Assembly (NCBI GenBank): GCA_002633005.1
Contig: NMRA01000074.1
Location: forward strand, 897,097 to 961,096
Direction: 5' to 3'
Origin: Phoronis australis
Lineage: Eukaryota; Animalia; Phoronida
Length of the DNA stretch: 64,000 nucleotides
The translations under genes and the position numbers were made by a program. The notes beneath the pieces are model-generated. The model was not told the DNA's origin, made no database searches, and saw nothing but the letters and a program-made list of their open reading frames with translations. Shown here piece after piece: positions 24,701 through 36,259 of this stretch. The first letter of the stretch is position 1. Each line of letters starts with the position of its first letter.

Positions 24701-25998
24701 CTTAAATCCCTGTCACGAAACACGTCCTTGATGAACCTACGACGTTTATGTTCATGTGATGTAAATATAGAAAATCCCTGAGTAACATAGCGACATAAAT
24801 ACTACAGACAATATACATGTATTGAGGACAATGGTATTTGGGACCCTTCCTCCGCCAGCACCTTCACTACGTCGGTTAATCGTGTCACTAACCATGCCGA
24901 AACAGTTGGTTGATTGGTAAACCGGAAGGCGTGATAACCAATCAAATGTTTTAATGGAGGGTGGACCCTTCTGGCCCAGAAATGTGAGTCGGTGCAGGCA
25001 TAGTCAACTAAGGTCCTTTTAAATTGCATGACCACTTGCATGATTCGGCAGTATATCTACCCATGCCTCTGAACATAGGCATACAACCAATGCCAGTTGA
25101 CTGATGAATCATAACCGGCCCTGCTTTTTCTTACTACCTTTTGATACCAGGCTTTAGAAACCAACCTTTATTGCACATCGCAGAAACTCTTTCCTCGCAC
25201 AAAACTGTTATTGCAAATCGTGAGGTCCTTTCACAATGACTGGATTTGTCTGCAAGCACGTGCAAGTGACCGGAAAACAGCACAAGAACTTTTATGTCGA
25301 TATCTTGCACTCAAATGTTCTGTTGTAAGAAGGTCCCAATGTTTGGAGTTGAGATTACGTGGTATTTTTGTTAGAATGTAAGGAGTTTTTTCAATGAGTG
25401 GTACGAGTGATAAGATGGTTTCCAACCTCTGAATAAGCCAGATGGATGATGAATGCAACTATACAAGTATTGAATAATATATGTAACACAACACATGACA
25501 ATAACATCCGAAGTCTATTTTTATGAGTATCCAACCTACAGGCTAACTATACATGTACATGTATACGAAAATCTATATAAAATAAACCTGAGAAACCGTG
25601 AACACCGGATTGAGATTACACGGAACCAGAGCCTTGGTTCATGCAATTCCATCTGCAACCCTCCCCCTTCCGAATGAAACAATTTTCAGTACCCCCTCTG
25701 ATTTCCCCAATGCGACCACCGTTGCTACAACGTCCTCTTCGCTTTCGTCACAATGCGCGGTCGCCACAATGTTTTTCCAAATACTACACTGAAGAAACCC
25801 TGTGGTCACAAGGCGGGGGTCCAGATTTTTGGGGTGTTTAGGTGTAGCTTACTTGCTTCGTTGGGAGTAGAAGGGGAGGACAAACCAGAACGCCAAACCC
25901 AGTGTGGCATGCTGTCTCACAGATTAAAAGCATAGTTACCTGTACAATCCCTCAGCAAGTACGTCGAGACAAATCAAGAATTTATGTTACTTTTAGGA

Positions 25999-26877
25999 TA
26001 AATATAGATTATTACATGGCGAAGTCGTTATCCCCCGTTATCTAGAGCCCGAGTGGATTTTGGAGAATTATCGCCCGAGGGGCGTTAGCCCCGAGGGTGA
26101 TAATTTTCCAAAACCCACGAGGGCTCTAGATAAGGGGGATAACGGCTGAGAACATGTAATAATCTATTTATACCACACACTAAACGAGAAACATTGCAAT
26201 GAATCGATTTTTACCTTATCTGACTCTCCACGGCTTTGTAACTACTTTCTATGTCAGAGGCCCGGGGTCGGAGGTCGTGACCTTTTAAGAAAAGCCGGGC
26301 TATTTTTGTCAAATAATGCTTTTACTCAAAACCAATTGAAAACTTAAATATAATAGAAATAAACTGAATTTATAAATTAACGTTTACCAACTATTATAGC
26401 TTAAAACACGATTTTTTCACGCTAAGCTTCGACCGGGAAATTATCGTCTGCTAAAGTAGGTTACCACTGGTAACTGAATATAATTTTCAAGCCAAAGATC
26501 CTGACGACACGATACCCGCATTCAAACTGGAGATCGGTGATTTACAAGTAAGAGGACATGAGAGAAATATTTCATTGAATTAAGATATCATTTTTATGGA
26601 AATTATGTGTCTTATTTTCCGTAGCGTATACGTACAGTACAATGCGGTTTGTTGAACGTGCGATTATTGCGCGTGCTCATTTAAGTATTCTATTTTCACA
26701 CTTGATGACGTCAGTCGCTGCGTGGTGTAGTGGTTAAAGTCGGAGACCAGCAATACTAGGGTCCCGGGTTCGACCCCGTCCTCGGTTTCCCGCCAAATCG
26801 TTATCTCACTAGTGAGATAACTTTATGGGTTATTACACGGTTGTATCTGCCATTTGACGCCAATATTGTGGTATAAA
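25999..26877 (+). mobile_element. Non-autonomous element with a ~170-bp terminal palindrome (possibly Crypton-type) and an internal tRNA-like insert
   Basis: 25999-26170 folds into a long imperfect hairpin (TAGATTATTACATG...TTATCTAGAGCCC...GGGCTCTAGATAA...CATGTAATAATCTA). TTTATACCAC near 26167 is inverted relative to GTGGTATAAA at the far end. Homologous to 10670-11330. The superfamily call is tentative. Confidence 0.7.
26714..26785 (+). other. tRNA-like Pol III cassette (SINE head or pseudo-tRNA)
   Basis: A box TGGTGTAGTGG (26723-26733) and B box GGTTCGACCCC (26767-26777) lie at tRNA spacing. The T-stem pairs but the acceptor stem does not. TGACGTCA is immediately upstream. Confidence 0.6.
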
Positions 26878-27518
26878 ACTCAATAAGTTGTCGAAGTACG
26901 TTCCAAGAAAGTGATTTTAAATTTGATTTAAGTTTTTGACTACAGTTTTGGGTCAAGTTTGATGTAACTTACCGAATGTTGAAGTTGAGAAATTGAGACA
27001 AATATTCATAAAAATGAACTACAGTTAGTTTAAAGGAATGCGCCCCAGGTCTGCACCCCAACTCATTTGAGCCCTGCGCTCACCGACTAAAACAACTACA
27101 ACATCCTGGGTTCAGCTATTACAACTTGTAATGGTATCAAATGAGCTTTCCGTCACTTCAGTTCGCTACTTTATCTGACAGCTTGCTGACACCAAATGCA
27201 AAATAGGCCTACTATAATCCCACACAAGACGCGTGCCACTCTTTTGGTAACAAAATTTCTTTAAACTTTACTCAAAAGGAAAAGAGACGGATTACAGCGA
27301 TTGTTGCCGTAGCCACCAAATGGACCCGTCAACCTAAGGCAGATATGTGCTTCTGCTATCGACCAGCAGGTTTATATAATCAGAAGTCCTTGCTGATGAG
27401 CTGTTGCGTTGGCTTGAAGAGATTTGCCTGTCATGTACTATATGAGACTTCTCAAATCGTAATTTAAAGATTACAACCTTTGGCATAAAGCTTTAAGCTG
27501 TACTGCATACAGCCAGTT

Positions 27519-29780
27519 TCAGTTTTTGACCTTCCTAGTGCAATCATCACTGTTGCAAGTTGTCTCAAAATAAACTCTTCCATTTTCGTATACATAAGGC
27601 GACCCCTGCCAAGTACACTTACTGAAGAAAAAAACAAGTCTCGAGTCTATTAAGGTGGCGACATACAAACGATGCAATTTGTTCACCAGAGTCTTGAATT
27701 CGGACACTTGGTTGACAGTATTTGACATGAGAGCAATCAGGAAATTGAGAAGAAGGATCGCAACCACGAAGACATACGTCATGTGTAGAAATACGACAAC
27801 AATGCCCTCTGGGGTGGATATTGGAACCTGGTCATCAAACGTTACCATATTTAGCATTGTTATAAACGTTGTGTACAAGGACTCCGGGAAGGAAATAAAC
27901 CCCGAATGCATGCACTGGCTCCCGAGTATAGCGTAAAACGTCATTGCGAAGGAGAAAAGGACGATGAGTTGAATAAACATAAAATTGACCATCCCAGTTA
28001 TCATCTCCTGGAAAGTGATGACGAAGTGACCGATAATGGTATTCAGACGAAGAAAATAGAAACAAGACCACAGATTGGTGATGATTGCAAAGGCGATACA
28101 AATAAATAAAACGCTGCGGCAATGATTGTCGTTGTGGATATCATAGAAGATCATCAAGACGACGGCTGATGCGCACGTGACGTGAACAAGGTCACACATT
28201 ATGTAAAAGCCACACCTGGCAACATTTGTAGATTTCATTTTGTCCGCCATTATTGGAGTCAAAGTTGTCTTTTTATCATAGATCTGAATGAGGTCTATAC
28301 TATGCCCGATAACAGTAGAGAAAAGCCGAAAGAATATCAGAGGCATGAGGACACAGAGTATTTTATGTATATCCAAACCCGTGAAACTGTTTTCAGTACA
28401 GCTAGAGTTGAAGTCGCCAACAGTCATATTGGACATGTTGTTTGAACTCATGAAGTCGTCAAAACGAAATTTACGCCTCATCGAATGTAAAGACAGAGAG
28501 AGCAAATCTTGAAAGAAAGCAAAGAACAGGGCAACATATGCAAACCTGTAGAGCATCCAGAAACGTATCGACCATCTCATAGACTTGTTGTAGGAATCAA
28601 CCCAATTCATCAACGGTGAGTACAAAAAGTCCTGGCTTCTTGAAATTTGAGAGAGTCTCTCATAAGACAAGAATTGGAGCAGAAAAAACGGATTGAACCT
28701 TGATCGCTTTCCGTGACTGGAAACGTAGTCTGTGACGTCATAATAGGCAATGGCCCGATGTCCTGCATAGGTCTTGGTATGCCTGTAAACGCCTTCCGTA
28801 TTCATGGTTTCATTGGCCATGTCTAATGCGCCAATTTTAAACGCCAGTTCTAATGGCCGGAAACCCCTCGCGTCTTCTGCCATAAGTAGTTTGTGCAGTA
28901 TTGATCTACCCTGAATGGAGCTGCTCTGAATGAAGTCCTTAGCTAACCGAAATTTCTTCACAGCTATTTCACTTGACGACGAGGAAACACTCAAAGTGAC
29001 AAGTCTGTGAATGAAATTCCAATCACAAAAGGAAATGCTCAGGACTGAAGCGCCCATTTTAATCAGATAATCGGCAAGTTTGATATTGCCGTTACACAAT
29101 GCCGTGTCGACAGGATTTGTACAGGCGAGTTGTTGCTGCCCATGATTCCGATTTTTCTGGTTTGCGGCGTAATAACTGATGAGCTCCTTAGAAAACGTTG
29201 AGCTGTAAATGGCGCGCATTGTTCTTTCATTTTGGAAAACAAATTTTCCGCGAACCATCCGCTGCCGCTGGAAAGGATCGACTCCCGCTAAAATGGCAGC
29301 AATTTTTTCAATGTTTCCCCCGTTCAACTCCTGAAGCCAAAACCCATACTCGTCCAAGTACATAACGAGGGATTCTTTGTTTTGAAGTAAAATCGCTGGA
29401 GGTTCATGCATTTCATCTAGATATTCCTTGGCCACTTTCTCGAGATCGGTGAGATGCAGATTTCCATGACTCTTCAGTGTTTCTGAAGGAGCTGGTGAAA
29501 CTCTATTTTCTCTCACAAAGAACAAAGAGCCATCAGGTGATGCCTTTGAGTCTGAAAGAATGAGTGTAGGGCAACATGAGATGCACTGCGAGACTCTCAG
29601 TGGCGGGGTACATTGAAGACTCTGCTCTGTCAGACTAATATACATGTACTTTAAATGACTTTTGAATAAGGTTGGGATTACGATGATCCGTAACCCCTGG
29701 TTGGTAACGGGAGACCCGTCTCTCCAATATCCGAAGACGGGTTGCCCGTTATTGACCTTAAACATAATGGTGCTGCCCAA
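27519..29780 (-). CDS. TRPV-like (TRPVL-type) transient receptor potential channel: ankyrin repeats + 6TM; one large exon, true 5' boundary probably the acceptor at 29626 or 29621
   Basis: 753-codon ORF. It has ankyrin-like NPVDTALCNGNIKLADYLIKMGA and GFRPLELAFKIG, the TRPV beta-linker GHRAIAYYDVTDY, six hydrophobic segments, S4-S5 FLRLNTIIGHFVITFQEM, pore helix SLYTTFITMLNM, and S6 ILLLNFLIALMSNT (TRPV LLxLNxLIAMMxxT). The first ~50 codons look intronic. Confidence 0.9.
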   Translation of the reverse strand: MGSTIMFKVNNGQPVFGYWRDGSPVTNQGLRIIVIPTLFKSHLKYMYISLTEQSLQCTPPLRVSQCISCCPTLILSDSKASPDGSLFFVRENRVSPAPSETLKSHGNLHLTDLEKVAKEYLDEMHEPPAILLQNKESLVMYLDEYGFWLQELNGGNIEKIAAILAGVDPFQRQRMVRGKFVFQNERTMRAIYSSTFSKELISYYAANQKNRNHGQQQLACTNPVDTALCNGNIKLADYLIKMGASVLSISFCDWNFIHRLVTLSVSSSSSEIAVKKFRLAKDFIQSSSIQGRSILHKLLMAEDARGFRPLELAFKIGALDMANETMNTEGVYRHTKTYAGHRAIAYYDVTDYVSSHGKRSRFNPFFLLQFLSYERLSQISRSQDFLYSPLMNWVDSYNKSMRWSIRFWMLYRFAYVALFFAFFQDLLSLSLHSMRRKFRFDDFMSSNNMSNMTVGDFNSSCTENSFTGLDIHKILCVLMPLIFFRLFSTVIGHSIDLIQIYDKKTTLTPIMADKMKSTNVARCGFYIMCDLVHVTCASAVVLMIFYDIHNDNHCRSVLFICIAFAIITNLWSCFYFLRLNTIIGHFVITFQEMITGMVNFMFIQLIVLFSFAMTFYAILGSQCMHSGFISFPESLYTTFITMLNMVTFDDQVPISTPEGIVVVFLHMTYVFVVAILLLNFLIALMSNTVNQVSEFKTLVNKLHRLYVATLIDSRLVFFFSKCTWQGSPYVYENGRVYFETTCNSDDCTRKVKN

Positions 29781-30018
29781 GGGTATGACCTACATGTACA
29801 TCAGTCACCAGATCTCTCAGTGATGAGGATTTCAGTATATTACACCTACACCCCGAGAAGTGGAAACGCTGGATACGAGAAGCTACATGTATTAAGATCC
29901 AAGACCATAGACCTAGTCTTAACAGAGATCCGGGACTTGAAGTGTATTTAGATCTGATACGGGATTATCCCCGACATCAGCGAGTCCCCGGCACTGTTTT
30001 TATCGTTTTACTCTACTA

Positions 30019-30033
30019 CACCAGAGGGCGCAC
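30019..30033 (+). promoter_or_regulatory. Isolated strong CTCF-like motif
   Basis: CACCAGAGGGCGCAC matches the CCASYAGRKGGCRS core. This is a motif match only. Confidence 0.4.
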
Positions 30034-30302
30034 CTTGTGGTGAATCAAGTCCGTGAGATATGGACGAAACGGCTGCACACTTTCTACAAAAGGTACTGTT
30101 TCTCTGGTTCCGAAAGGCATCTTTGTTCAATATTTTTATCATCTAAGTGGAACGCAACAATATACATAGTATCAAAATAAAATGAAATAAGTACTTAGCA
30201 GTTAAGGTAAACTTTCGTCTGTAGGGAATTACGATGCATCAATGCAAACATTGGTGTAAATTTCGTTGTTCATATATAAATACTTTTTAAAAGACTTTAT
30301 TA

Positions 30303-31293
30303 CAGTGGCGGATCTAGGATATCACAAGGGGGGGGCCAACATTTTGTCCGGCTGTAAACATTTGCGCAAACTGAACTACGATTGTAGATGCGCATAGCAC
30401 CGAATGGGGGGAGGTAAAAGGAAAATTTTCTGTTTTTACCTCTAAAAATCAAGTATTTTCCTTGATTCCTAAAGTGTTATCCAAGAAAAAAAGGCAAAAA
30501 AAAAAAAAAAACCACGGAAAACCTGTCAAACAGGAAAAACTGCAAGTACCAAAGACTCGAACTCACGCCCTTGCGCATAGAGCGCGCGTGCGTTACCACT
30601 ACACCACCACGATTTAACTACTATTGTCATACTAAGAGACCTACTTGTTTATGGTCCACAGCGTTTGCGCGCGAAACCTACTTCTTTTTGTAATGCTTAT
30701 TACACGTTTTGTGCCATCGATTCTTAACAAATTTGTCGTATTTAAAATAGTCTTCAAATGCCCAAAAGACCAAATCCGTTTTTCGTGTTGGCAATAATGA
30801 CGGGATTGCTTTGGAAATCGTCTTAACATAAGGTTTGACAAAGAGTGTATTGCGAGTTTCTGAGTGATTCACTAAGGCTTCGATTAAAATTCCCATCTTA
30901 CCAGCAGCTTCTGTTTTTTCATTGTCACTCAGGTTCCATTTTCTTTAAAAAATGAAGTAAATTTTCTTCATTGCACAGTGGAGCAGACGATGGAAACTGA
31001 GTCGTAGTGCGCAGCGCCACTGCCGGTCGCCTGGGATATCGCGGGAGAGCCTATACTTAGCCATAGTTCCGTTACGAATGCGCCGTGTTCCGAATTTGAC
31101 ACTTGAAATTAGATTTGAGCCCCCCCCCCAACACTAAAACTGCACACATTTAAATCTTTTTTCATCCGTATAATTTTAATTACCGGGGTTAATTGATTAA
31201 CTCAACAGGCCTACGCTCTTACTGTTTTATTTTTTTTGCGGCAGCCAAGGGGGGGGGCCCGGGCCCCCTGGGCCCCCCCTAAATCCGCCTATG
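30303..31293. mobile_element. MITE with CAGTGGCGGATCTAGG / CCTAAATCCGCCTATG termini, containing a minus-strand tRNA-like segment (30549-30613)
   Basis: Imperfect 16-bp TIRs with G/C-run subtermini. The internal minus strand reads TGGTGTAGTGGTAAC...GAGTTCGAGTC (A and B boxes). Confidence 0.6.
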
Positions 31294-34200
31294 AGCNTAA
31301 ACCTGTACCATGGCTAATCATAGTGACAACATTGTGACAAACTGCTAATTTTATGAAAAAAAATGTTGGCCTAACTTATTATCATTTTTGGAGTTAGGTC
31401 AACCCAAGAGATTCTTCTTCTTTTTCACCGTTCCCGGCCATACAGCTTAGATAGTCAGTGTGGTCATCTGAGCGAAGTCTGCAGTTCACGTCAATGATGC
31501 CGTCGGGCCCCACAGTTTTACCTCGAGTTCCACCCGACTGGGCCAACCCCAAGAGATAACATTACGACTTCAATTTCAAAATTGGTGAGATGTCACTTTC
31601 CCAGATTAAGACCATTTGCGTGATTGATAAATGCAGGCACTCTTAAGAAAGAAATATCCAAATTTGACTGGCTAATTTTGGAAAATTAAAAAAAAAATTG
31701 TTATCAGCACCGTTGTTTTCCTATGCATTTATCTATTTTTAAATCAGTTTATTAAAAATATTGGTACACCACCTGACTAATATAAGATTGGAACAGTCAA
31801 CGGTCAAAATCTGCGCATTTTCAGTTTTCAGAAAATATGACTTGGTGAAACGAATTATATGTTTTTGTAGATATTCAATTAAATGCACAGAATTGCCAAT
31901 AAGGTTACAAACAATCTTTCAAAGAAAGCAGGGCTGGTAAGCATGTGAAACCGGACTTGTTCCATTTGCATCTAATTCAACATTGATTCTTTTACACCTT
32001 TACCAATTCTCAAGTGGCATTCAAGACGCCGGCATCAAAGAATCTGGAATACCCCTGAAAACTACACTTTCGCTTCCCCTTTATTACGGTATAGTTGCAA
32101 TCGGCTGGCCTGTGTAACATGTAAAATTAGTGGGTGATTGGTTTTGTAGATTTTTGAATTGTCGTAATGAAGCTCAAGCGAATGTGTACTTACCCATTTT
32201 AAAACAAAGGTTACTAAATCCAACTGGATCACGGTGCTAAAAGGATCAATCAAGATTTAGGTAATAAGGTCCGTACAACCGAACTGACGACCTCAGAGTC
32301 AAGGCAGATGAAGACAATTACGTTGCTTTCCCTCACGCATTTAACTGCAGCTTGATTATTCTTAAATCAACACATTGATGGCATTGCAAATAAAAAATGT
32401 AGTTGTATAACCAAAATCTCGCAATGCACACCGATCACGTGAAGTGATTTCTGGGCGGGGGTGCATCCCAAGTTGCAAGGTAGACACGTGCAGTAAATTA
32501 TGGAAATGTACATTCGTGAGAAAATACGCCGAAAAGTGAACTGATGAATTAGCCAAATGATGGATGGTTCTGATATGTTAATGAATCTATTAATTACAGC
32601 CAATCCGGCTACGGGAAAATGCATACGTTACGATCGTCCTCCATCTTCATTCTCACCAATGAGCCAGACTGAGATTGTTCAAAAAGAAATCCCTCGCTTA
32701 CAAAAGTAGAACAGTGAAATTTCGATGACGCAACAATTTCTTTCAATTACTAGCTTCTCATCTGAAGTACACGTAAGACAACTATTAATTATGTGTAACA
32801 CGTATGGGTGATACTATGAAAATGTGACGTCGCCAAAATCACAGAACTCGTGCTTCTGTAATCCCAACGCTGTACATCTACCACCAGGGTCCGCCACTGA
32901 ATAAATGCCTCAAATCCTGTAAAGAGAGTTTTTCATCTTTGCCATTAGTTGCCCTGCAAAGTCGGTTACCGGCGCACCTAACGCACCACGGAACTTAAAC
33001 TTCAATGCAAAACAGATAACAACAACGTCACCGAGTTGTTGCAATTGATGCGGCACCTGGATAAAGTTCGTTTGATATCAACCGGCTTAATTGTATACTT
33101 TGAATGGACTTGAAAAGTTGGAATCATTGGCGTACCGCACTCTGTAATGATAAACTTCTCCACCAGGGCCTTTGTTTTTGTGTGGCTCCTTCCAGCAACC
33201 TTTTCATTGGAATTGCACCTGGGACACATCGAACGAAATATGTCGTTGCAGTACGCTTGCATGGACATTCCGCCGTATTTACTATGCGCTGGTGAGTCGA
33301 TGACTTTACAGTGGCACACTTGGCAAGCGTGACCTAACGGTGTTTATGAGAACTATCCTTTGCCACAAAAGCGTATCCATACACTGTTTGAGTTTGAGTT
33401 TGATTTGCTTCATGTACGATGCACGTTAGACAAAAACAAATCAGAAAACGACCACCTCAGTTGATACGAACCCCCCAGAGTTGAGAACCAAGTTTAAACA
33501 AAAGAAATGGACAGGAAAGTAACCCCTTACACAATCAAGAGCACTTTCGACCTAATCCGAGGATATTCTTAATAATTTGCAAAGTGGCACTTAATTAACG
33601 ATGTCACGCATATCCGGAAATCGATCAGTTGAAAACAACCACGAGTCAGAGAACATTTTGCAAAGGCTTTGTCGATGATGAATGAATTGTAATGACTTCA
33701 TAATGGGGTTAACGATGGATTGCTGTTATGGCCAGTCAAAGATTTGAACAGATTCCAATCGATACGCATAGTTGAGACTAACATTGTTAATGTATAACTA
33801 AATATTAAAATCGTTATTTGACAGAATTGCGCCAAATACTTCACGCATTTTATTTAAACGATAAGTGACAATTTCACAAAATTCCAGGATGACGCAGCAC
33901 ATTTTTCTCAACACTCCGTGTTCGGGTGCATGAAGCAGTCCCGAATAGGCACTACGTCCCCTAAATCTTTTGCGTATTTGTTTCGTACTTCACTCACAGA
34001 TGTAACGTTTTTCAATAATTGTATCTTCATAATGAGCTCCTCATTGACCAATGGCATTTCAGGCCCTTAATTCCCATAATTCAGTCAAATTATTTAGCGA
34101 TTTTTTCCTTAAATTAGGGTCGTTGCATGAAAAGACTCCCTACTTATTTTCAACAATATTCAGAATTCAACAAAGAGTTAACTCATGATATGTATCAAAG

Positions 34201-34849
34201 CCAGTAATGAGGTTCAAACAGCATAAGAAAGGAAAAACAATGTTGCCAAAAGCCCACAAACTTGCAGTAGATTTAGGGAATATAGTTGAGTCCCTATTTG
34301 GGAGTGTTTCATGAAAGCCGGTACTGGGGTCTGTTTCATGAAAATTAACTGCATGTATCAAACAGGCAAATGCTCTTACGGGAACATGACTTGTTAAGAA
34401 TTTGAAATTGGTGTCGTGTCATTACCTCTTGGGTTGACCCTTAACCCCAAAAAATGAGAGCTAGTTGCGCCTAGAGTCGTTTTATAAAAACAAAAAGTCA
34501 AGCAAATCGTCACAACTTTGAGGCCACTCTTGCTCAGAAACCTGGCCAGGCGTAATGAAAGCCTTCAAAACATACAAAGAAAAATTACAAATACACCCCT
34601 GCATTGGTACATCGCAATTCATAAGAGATCAAAAGCTATAAATCACTTAAATGTATTTATATTACTTGTTTTGTTTTTGTTGACCATTTACACGGATGGG
34701 AGCACTTGCACATGGTGCTCAAGTTAAAACTCTCGTCAAATCCTGGGTAACATCCCAAGGAACAAAATACCTGTGCTACTGATGAGATACTGAGAATTCG
34801 GTGTTGATTGATAATCAATCAATACTAAGACAAAGCAACGACTATAGTA

Positions 34850-35183
34850 GGCCAAGTGTGACATAAGTCCGATTTACTACAGTGATGTTTCACGTTTTCA
34901 GTAATACTTTTAACCAATCAGAACCATGAATAATGTCTGTAAATAGATATTGATTACTGTAACCATAATTTGTTCCAGTAATAAATGTTCATCACCATAA
35001 TAAATCAACCAATAGAATGTCAGGAATAATTGCTGCAATAATTGTTTATTACTGTAAATATCATTCCACTTATAAATATTTATCACAATAATTACTCCTG
35101 GCTTCTGATTGGCTAAAGAATCATTACTGGAATAAATCGCGAATTATCTATGTAATAAATAGGACTTGTGTCGCACTTGGCCC
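34850..35183. mobile_element. Fold-back MITE (PIF/Harbinger-like GGGCC termini)
   Basis: GGCCAAGTGTGACATAAGTCCGATTTACTACA is inverted relative to TGTAATAAATAGGACTTGTGTCGCACTTGGCC. Internal AACCAATCAGAA / TTCTGATTGGCT are also inverted. Confidence 0.7.
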
Positions 35184-36259
35184 ACGATAAACCACACCTG
35201 CACAACGAGCCACACCTATAGGGGTTTACGAAGTGTAATTACTATTCGGACCTTACTACGAAAAGCCAAGGGCAGGCTAGGAATTCAATGACTCCGGGAC
35301 GCTTGGAAATTTCTACGTAAAAGGGAACATGGCTCGATTCATGCACAACCTCAAAACATTGTCCTTAAATACATGTACCTCGCCTTAAAGGTTAAACTAC
35401 TTCAAATACTCGTAAATAGTGTGTCACATCTGCGATGTAACGTTTTCTTCGTTCCTGTAATCAAATTAGAAGCCTTCTTGAACTGTTTTGTACATTGTAC
35501 CTTTGCCGAAATCAGAAAACTATGGGCGATTGCCGACTCTTTCTGTGACCTTGACCCGAGTTCTATCAGTTTAAGAAAAAATTCTGCTGAATGACGGCCA
35601 TTTACGTTGCTGGTTCTTTATAATAAATAATTCATTTGAAAATATACGCTACTACAATAATACATACAGTAATAGGCACAAGGTAAAAGAAATTAAATTG
35701 CCAAAGTATACTTATGTGACGGGACGTTCGTAGCTTTACGCTTATTGTTATTCTTATTTAGTTGCAAATGTTCAGTTATTCTTATGCTAATGTCTTTGTT
35801 GCGTCTCAGTGCGCCTTTGTTACGTGGGCATGTGGGCGCGACTGTATGTGTCGGGCACTTCGCTAGCGACAGGCTTAGGAGAAGGGTGTTTCCTTCCTTT
35901 GCCTTCATGAAAATTGATCGTTATCATGTGCAATTGAAGTGAAACGTATGCCTGATGAGATGAAATACACATTTTTGATGTTCAGCGGAGACTTGCTCTG
36001 TTACACTTATAACACAAAAAGGTAAAAAACGTATTTCCGTGGTGGTCCATATAAAAATTAAAAAATAAAGAAAGTAAATATTACGAATAAATAATAAATT
36101 ATGATACAGGAGAAATGAAATATATGAAAGAATCTAGCTGACTGAAAAACACTGTAGGCTGAAGTGACATGATAGATGACAAGTATTAAATAAATATTAA
36201 ATTAAATTAAGTTACATTAATTAAAATAAATTAAGTAAATTACTTCGATAAATAACATC

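Noticed and set aside
26714-26785. Functional tRNA gene
   Set aside because: The acceptor and anticodon stems do not pair, there is no T-run terminator, and it is embedded in a repeat.
29627-29780. N-terminal ~50 aa of the 753-aa TRP ORF as real protein
   Set aside because: It starts at a non-ATG codon, contains intron-typical TACATGTA, and precedes a plausible acceptor.
33002-33319. 105-aa Cys-containing minus-strand ORF as a TRP first exon or separate gene
   Set aside because: No convincing donor in a compatible phase and no recognisable domain; left unresolved.
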